The notes under the pieces: generated by a model
What the model saw: only the letters and a program-made list of their open reading frames with translations
Told to the model about the DNA's origin: nothing
The model's database searches: none
Shown here: piece by piece, positions 45,978 through 50,602 of the stretch
Numbering within the stretch: position 1 is the first letter of the stretch
Layout: every line of letters begins with the position of its first letter
Assembly: GCA_043820105.1 (NCBI GenBank)
Contig: JBDREC010000010.1
Location: forward strand, 124,001-174,602
DNA length: 50,602 bases
Source of the DNA: Pseudomonadota bacterium
Lineage (GTDB): Bacteria > Bdellovibrionota_F > JAHFAK01 > JBDREC01
Direction: 5' to 3'
Program-made: the position numbers and the translations under genes

Positions 45978-47326
45978 GTATTCCTCACAATAGTTTCAAT
46001 GGTTTTGTTGAGTTTTGAATCATCTAGCTTTTCGGTTGCACATAATAATACCAAATCAGACATTTCAGGATAAAATTTTTCTAATTCAACCCCTAGGTGA
46101 ATATTTTCTTTTATTAATTTATTCCTTAGGTTTTTTAAATTCGGTATTTTTAGTACAAATTCATTAAAGAAAAAGGAATTAAAAAAAGCAGTTCCAACTT
46201 TAATTTCAAGAAGTTCTTTTCTTAAGTTATGGGCCTTGTTGAAATTAAGCTTTGCTAATTGATAAAGGCCGGTTGATCCCATAGTTGAAAGGTATATCGT
46301 TGCAGCTAAGGCGCAAAGAGCTTGATTTGAACAAATATTTGAAATAGATTTTTCACGTCTAATATGTTGTTCTCGTGTGCACAATGTAAGAACAAATCCA
46401 GGTTTGCCTTCACTGTCAACGGTTTGCCCAGCAATTCTTCCTGGAAGGTTTCTCAAAAATTTATCTCTGGTTGCTATAAAACCCAAGAATGGGCCACCAT
46501 AGCTAAGTGAACATGCAAAGCTTTGAGCTTCTCCTGCTACAATGTCGGCTCCTAGCTCTCCTGGAGATTTAATGAGAGCAAGGGATAAGGCTTCATTTAA
46601 AGTAACTATTAATAAAGCGCCATTTTCATGAGCTATATCCGAAACTTTTTTAATATCCTCTATTGCCCCAAAGAAATTTGGGTTTTGAATGACAATGGCA
46701 GCACAAGCCTTGTTTTCTTTTATTGTTTTATCTAAATCATCAAAAACAGTGCAAGAAGTTTCCATTGAAAAATCATATTCAACAATTGAGTTTTCTTGAT
46801 GGTTAAGATAGGTGTTTAAAACAGCCCTATAATTTGGATGAACATTTTTACATACAATTATTTTATTTTTTCTAGTAATTCTTTGGGCCATTAAAGCAGA
46901 TTCAGCAAGTGCCGAAGCTCCATCATAAACAGATGCATTTGAGCAGTCCATTCCTGTAAGCCTTGATATCATTGTTTGAAATTCAAAGATTGTTTGTAGG
47001 GTTCCTTGACTGATTTCTGCCTGGTATGGGGTATAAACAGTTGTAAATTCACTTCTTCTAATCATATCATCAACAATGGCTGGAATATAATGGTCATAAG
47101 CACCAGCACCTAGATAGGAAATGTTCTTAGAGCATGTTTCATTTTCAGCGCCGAGTTTTTCAAAATATTCAATGACTTCATGTTCAGAGTGTGCTCTTGG
47201 AAGGCTATTTAATTTATCTATTTTTACAGCTTCAGGAATCACATTGAAAAGATTTTCTATTGAACCTTGGCCTATCTCAGCTAGCATTTCAATAACTTCA
47301 GATTTGCTGTTTGGGATATATTTCAT
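45974..47326 (-). CDS. gcvPA: Glycine dehydrogenase subunit 1
   Basis: MKYIP start, YTPYQAEISQG, NASVYDG and REQHIRREK...NICSNQ motifs. Confidence 0.97.
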   Translation of the reverse strand: MKYIPNSKSEVIEMLAEIGQGSIENLFNVIPEAVKIDKLNSLPRAHSEHEVIEYFEKLGAENETCSKNISYLGAGAYDHYIPAIVDDMIRRSEFTTVYTPYQAEISQGTLQTIFEFQTMISRLTGMDCSNASVYDGASALAESALMAQRITRKNKIIVCKNVHPNYRAVLNTYLNHQENSIVEYDFSMETSCTVFDDLDKTIKENKACAAIVIQNPNFFGAIEDIKKVSDIAHENGALLIVTLNEALSLALIKSPGELGADIVAGEAQSFACSLSYGGPFLGFIATRDKFLRNLPGRIAGQTVDSEGKPGFVLTLCTREQHIRREKSISNICSNQALCALAATIYLSTMGSTGLYQLAKLNFNKAHNLRKELLEIKVGTAFFNSFFFNEFVLKIPNLKNLRNKLIKENIHLGVELEKFYPEMSDLVLLCATEKLDDSKLNKTIETIVRNT

Positions 47327-47327
47327 T

Positions 47328-47717
47328 TTATGAAAGCTCCTCGACAAATTTTTCGTAAGCATCTTTTTCCATCAATTCATTAATAGAAGAAATATCATTT
47401 GTCTGACATTTAAAAATCCACCCTTCGTTATAAGCATCTTCTGAAAGTATTTCTGGGGTACTTGTTAGCAAGTCATTTACTTCTGTTACAATTCCATCTA
47501 CAGGAGAAAAGATATCTGAAACAGCCTTTACTGATTCTATAACACCACAAGACTCACCTTTGGCAATACTTGATTCGAGTTGTGGGAGTTCTACAAATAC
47601 AATGTCGCCCAGGTTTTCAGTGGCATATTCTGAAACACCAATTGTAACTGAACCATCATCTTCTACTCTAATCCATTCATGATCATTTGTATACTTTAAG
47701 CCTTCTGGAAAATTCAT
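47328..47717 (-). CDS. gcvH: Glycine cleavage system H protein
   Basis: HEWI, LGDIVFVELP and ESVKAVSD lipoyl-lysine motif. Confidence 0.97.
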   Translation of the reverse strand: MNFPEGLKYTNDHEWIRVEDDGSVTIGVSEYATENLGDIVFVELPQLESSIAKGESCGVIESVKAVSDIFSPVDGIVTEVNDLLTSTPEILSEDAYNEGWIFKCQTNDISSINELMEKDAYEKFVEELS

Positions 47718-47731
47718 TATAAACTCCTTTT

Positions 47732-48841
47732 TTAGTTTTTATATTCAAATTTTGTATTAATAAAGGGGAATTTTGTTGTTTTTGCAACAAGTTTTTTTCC
47801 TCTAATATCTATTTTGAATTTTCTTCCTATTTTATAAAAAGAACTGTCAATATAGGCCATGGCTATTCCATAGCCTAATGTTGGAGAAAAAGATCCGCTT
47901 GTTACATAGCCAACTTCTGTGTCTTCCCATAAAATTTTACATCCTTGTCGTGGAATTCCTCTGTCTATCATTTCCAAACCTACAAGTTTTATTTTTGGTT
48001 TGTTTTCAAGCTGTTTTGTAATTATATCCTTACCCAAAAATTCTGGTTTATCAGCCTTGGTGCACCATCTTAAAGATGCTTCAATTGGGGTTTTAGTTTC
48101 ATCAAGATCATTTCCGTATAATATCATACCCATTTCTAATCTTAAGGTATCTCTTGCACCAAGCCCTATTAATTGAAGTTCATGTTCCTGGCCTGCTTCC
48201 ATGATAGCTGAAAAAAGGTGTTTAGTTTTTTCTGGACGAGCAGTTATCTCATAGCCTAATTCGCCAGTGTAGCCTGTTCTGGAAACCACTACCTCAACAC
48301 CTGCCAATGACATTGATGCAAAAGTGAAAAATGAGAGATTGTCTAAATTATAATCAGTTAATTTTTGAAGAATTTTTTTAGATTTAGGGCCCTGACATGC
48401 AAGCATATCTGTGCATTCAGATTTGTTTTCAATTATAACATTCTCAAACTTATCTTGATAACTTAAAAAATGGTTATAATCCTTGTCAATATTTGCAGCG
48501 TTTACACAAAACATATATTTTTCATCATTAAATTTAAATAAAGTTGCATCATCAACTGCACATGCATTTTCATTTAAAATGACAGTGTATTGGACATCTT
48601 GATTTTTAAGTAAAGAAACGTCGTTGGATGTGATGAACTGGCAGAAATTCAATGCATTTTTTCCAAGAATAAATATTTCTCCCATATGAGAGACTTCAAA
48701 CAGACCAGCATTATCACGAACATTTTTATGCTCTTTAAGTTCAGATATGAACTTAATAGGCAAATAATATCCTGCAAATGGCACCATCTTGCCACCTTGT
48801 TTTTCAAGCGATTCAAATAATGTGGTTTTTTTTGTTTCCAT
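47732..48841 (-). CDS. gcvT: Aminomethyltransferase (glycine cleavage T protein)
   Basis: FEVSHMGE, SRTGYTGELGYE and GLGARDTLRLEMG motifs. Confidence 0.97.
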   Translation of the reverse strand: METKKTTLFESLEKQGGKMVPFAGYYLPIKFISELKEHKNVRDNAGLFEVSHMGEIFILGKNALNFCQFITSNDVSLLKNQDVQYTVILNENACAVDDATLFKFNDEKYMFCVNAANIDKDYNHFLSYQDKFENVIIENKSECTDMLACQGPKSKKILQKLTDYNLDNLSFFTFASMSLAGVEVVVSRTGYTGELGYEITARPEKTKHLFSAIMEAGQEHELQLIGLGARDTLRLEMGMILYGNDLDETKTPIEASLRWCTKADKPEFLGKDIITKQLENKPKIKLVGLEMIDRGIPRQGCKILWEDTEVGYVTSGSFSPTLGYGIAMAYIDSSFYKIGRKFKIDIRGKKLVAKTTKFPFINTKFEYKN

Positions 48842-48884
48842 TTTTTTTGACTCCTTTAAGCATATACACTTGTATAAAAAATAA

Positions 48885-49742
48885 CTATTTGTTGATTTGG
48901 ATTTTAGCAGCTTCTAAAGTATTTTCCATTAGCATTGCAATTGTCATTGGGCCAACACCACCTGGAACGGGTGTTAGATACGAGCAAATTAAAGATGCAT
49001 CCTCAAAGCAGACATCTCCAACAAGTCTTCCATCTTCTGTTCTATTAATTCCTACATCAATAATGCAAGCCTCTTTTTTTATATGTTCTTTTTTTACAAA
49101 TTCTGCTTTGCCAATTGCTGCAATTATAATATCTGCCTCTTTTAAGTGTCTATCTAAATCCCTTGTCTGTGAATGACAATAAGTAATGGTTGCATGTTCT
49201 TTCATTAATAACATGCCAGTAGGCTTGCCCACAATATTACTTCTTCCTAGAACAACAGCATTTTTTCCTTTTATTTCAATTTTATATTCTTTTAATAGTC
49301 TTAGAATTCCTTTTGGAGTACATGGAATCATTGAATCATGACCCAGGAAAAGTTTTCCTGAATTTTCTTCGGTAAATCCGTCAACATCTTTTTCCACCTT
49401 AATGGCTTCTATTATTCGTTTTTCATTAATATGTGATGGAAGTGGTAGTTGAACCAGTATTCCATTAACTGTGGGTTTATTATTTAGTTCATTAATTAAA
49501 GCTAATAACTCATTTTCAGAAACCGTATCTTCAAGATTGTACTTGAAAGACTTTATCCCTAGATGCAGACATGCTTTTCTTTTTTTCTTAACATAAATTC
49601 TTGAAGCCTTGTCCTCACCAACTAGCACTACAGCCAAGCCGGGTTTACAATTATGCGTTTCAGTAAAGGAAGAAATTTGAAGTTTCAAGGATTCAAAAAT
49701 ATTTTCAGAAATTTTTTTACCATCAATTAGTATTGCTGACAT
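48885..49742 (-). CDS. folD: Methylenetetrahydrofolate dehydrogenase/cyclohydrolase
   Basis: GILVQLPLP, KDVDG, PCTP, GRSNIVGKP and TPVPGGVGPMT motifs. Confidence 0.98.
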   Translation of the reverse strand: MSAILIDGKKISENIFESLKLQISSFTETHNCKPGLAVVLVGEDKASRIYVKKKRKACLHLGIKSFKYNLEDTVSENELLALINELNNKPTVNGILVQLPLPSHINEKRIIEAIKVEKDVDGFTEENSGKLFLGHDSMIPCTPKGILRLLKEYKIEIKGKNAVVLGRSNIVGKPTGMLLMKEHATITYCHSQTRDLDRHLKEADIIIAAIGKAEFVKKEHIKKEACIIDVGINRTEDGRLVGDVCFEDASLICSYLTPVPGGVGPMTIAMLMENTLEAAKIQINK

Positions 49743-49916
49743 ATTTTATTTGCCTTCATTTTCTATGTTCGTACCTCTGTCTATGCCCGAATCGTTGTTT
49801 TGAATAGCCACATAATATAATGCAAATATTTAATCAAGGAAAAATAAATATGTGTAAATGTATAATAATATAAGAAGGTTTTGCTTTTTTAGCCTGGCTT
49901 AATATTTCTTAATTTA

Positions 49917-50602
49917 TTAATTACATTGGCGGCCATTTTCCTGTTCCTCGGACTTTTCGATACCATAACTCATTATCACAATGGCCATTAAAAACCAAAA
50001 GGGTTCCATGATTCTTACTATAATAAATGTATTTGCAGTTGCTGAGTGTGCAAATAAGGCACAAGATCCGGCTAGCAATCCAAGCGAAACACCTTTTAAA
50101 AAGGGGGAATTAACAGATTCAAGGTTTAATTTAACAAGTTTGAAAATTGAGTAAAATAGATATAGCAGTGAAAATAGTCCTAAAAGTCCTATTTCGATTA
50201 GAGTTCTAAAATATTGACCATCAATAAATCCATAGCCAGTAACACCATATCCGAAAATAGGATGTGATTTGAAATCTTTCATAATATTATTCCAGGATCG
50301 AATTCGATCGGTTGTAGATTGGTCTAGAGCGACATCACCAACAGTTTGAAACTTGCCGCGGTACTTTTTAGAAACCGATTTATCAAGAAATTCTTTTTCC
50401 ATAACAGATCCTGATATTCTATTCATTACTTTTTCTGGTAAAATACGAGGTGCCGCCAAAACAAAAAGTAGTAATAGGGTAGCAATAACAATTTTATTTG
50501 TTTTTCGTACATAAAAGAAGAAAACCATACCCATTGGTATTAAGGCTGACCATGAACTTCTAGAAAAAGTATAAATTATTGGTATTATAAAAAGAATAAT
50601 TA
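49917..50602 (-). CDS. O-antigen ligase/polymerase (Wzy_C) family membrane protein, 5' end outside the window
   Basis: Multiple TM segments; TFSRSSW near the window edge, STTDRIRSW, HPIFGYG and LIEIGLLG motifs. Confidence 0.82.
   Translation of the reverse strand, partial: IILFIIPIIYTFSRSSWSALIPMGMVFFFYVRKTNKIVIATLLLLFVLAAPRILPEKVMNRISGSVMEKEFLDKSVSKKYRGKFQTVGDVALDQSTTDRIRSWNNIMKDFKSHPIFGYGVTGYGFIDGQYFRTLIEIGLLGLFSLLYLFYSIFKLVKLNLESVNSPFLKGVSLGLLAGSCALFAHSATANTFIIVRIMEPFWFLMAIVIMSYGIEKSEEQENGRQCN

Noticed and set aside
48842-49916. Glycine, THF or ZTP riboswitch upstream of gcvT or folD
   Set aside because: The gcvT gap is only 43 nt, and the folD leader lacks recognisable consensus motifs

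Overview
Strongly AT-rich bacterial chromosomal window. Gene content suggests a deltaproteobacteria-like lineage (Myxococcota/Bdellovibrionota-like; inference only): tandem ArsA/Get3-like ATPases, a RomR-like protein, a DZR-cyclase-AAA-TPR protein, sigma54 promoters and Haliangium-type shell genes. The housekeeping backbone is gmd-fcl, polA, uvrC, a Dus enzyme, thrC, argS and folD-gcvT-gcvH-gcvPA-gcvPB. The most notable accessory content is: (1) an 8-gene bacterial microcompartment (BMC) operon (10666-16152) of Haliangium ochraceum-like layout, with an added PduS-like Fe-S flavoprotein, a PduT-like trimer carrying a pore Cys, and no signature aldehyde-generating enzyme; (2) a split SynChlorMet-like radical SAM/SPASM system, with PqqD-like ScmD plus ScmF next to wzz at 28.4-31.2 kb, and a second ScmF paralog at 5.2 kb in an operon with two ArsA-like ATPases, a soluble S26 peptidase and a coupled 19-aa Cys/Tyr-rich ORF; (3) several unannotatable exported proteins, with sigma54 consensus promoters upstream of three exported-protein genes; (4) dense 7/8-mer tandem arrays, CGTC-type palindromes and a perfect 31-bp inverted repeat in intergenic gaps. 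No rRNA, tRNA, CRISPR array or transposase was seen. All family assignments come from motif recognition by eye, not from database searches.
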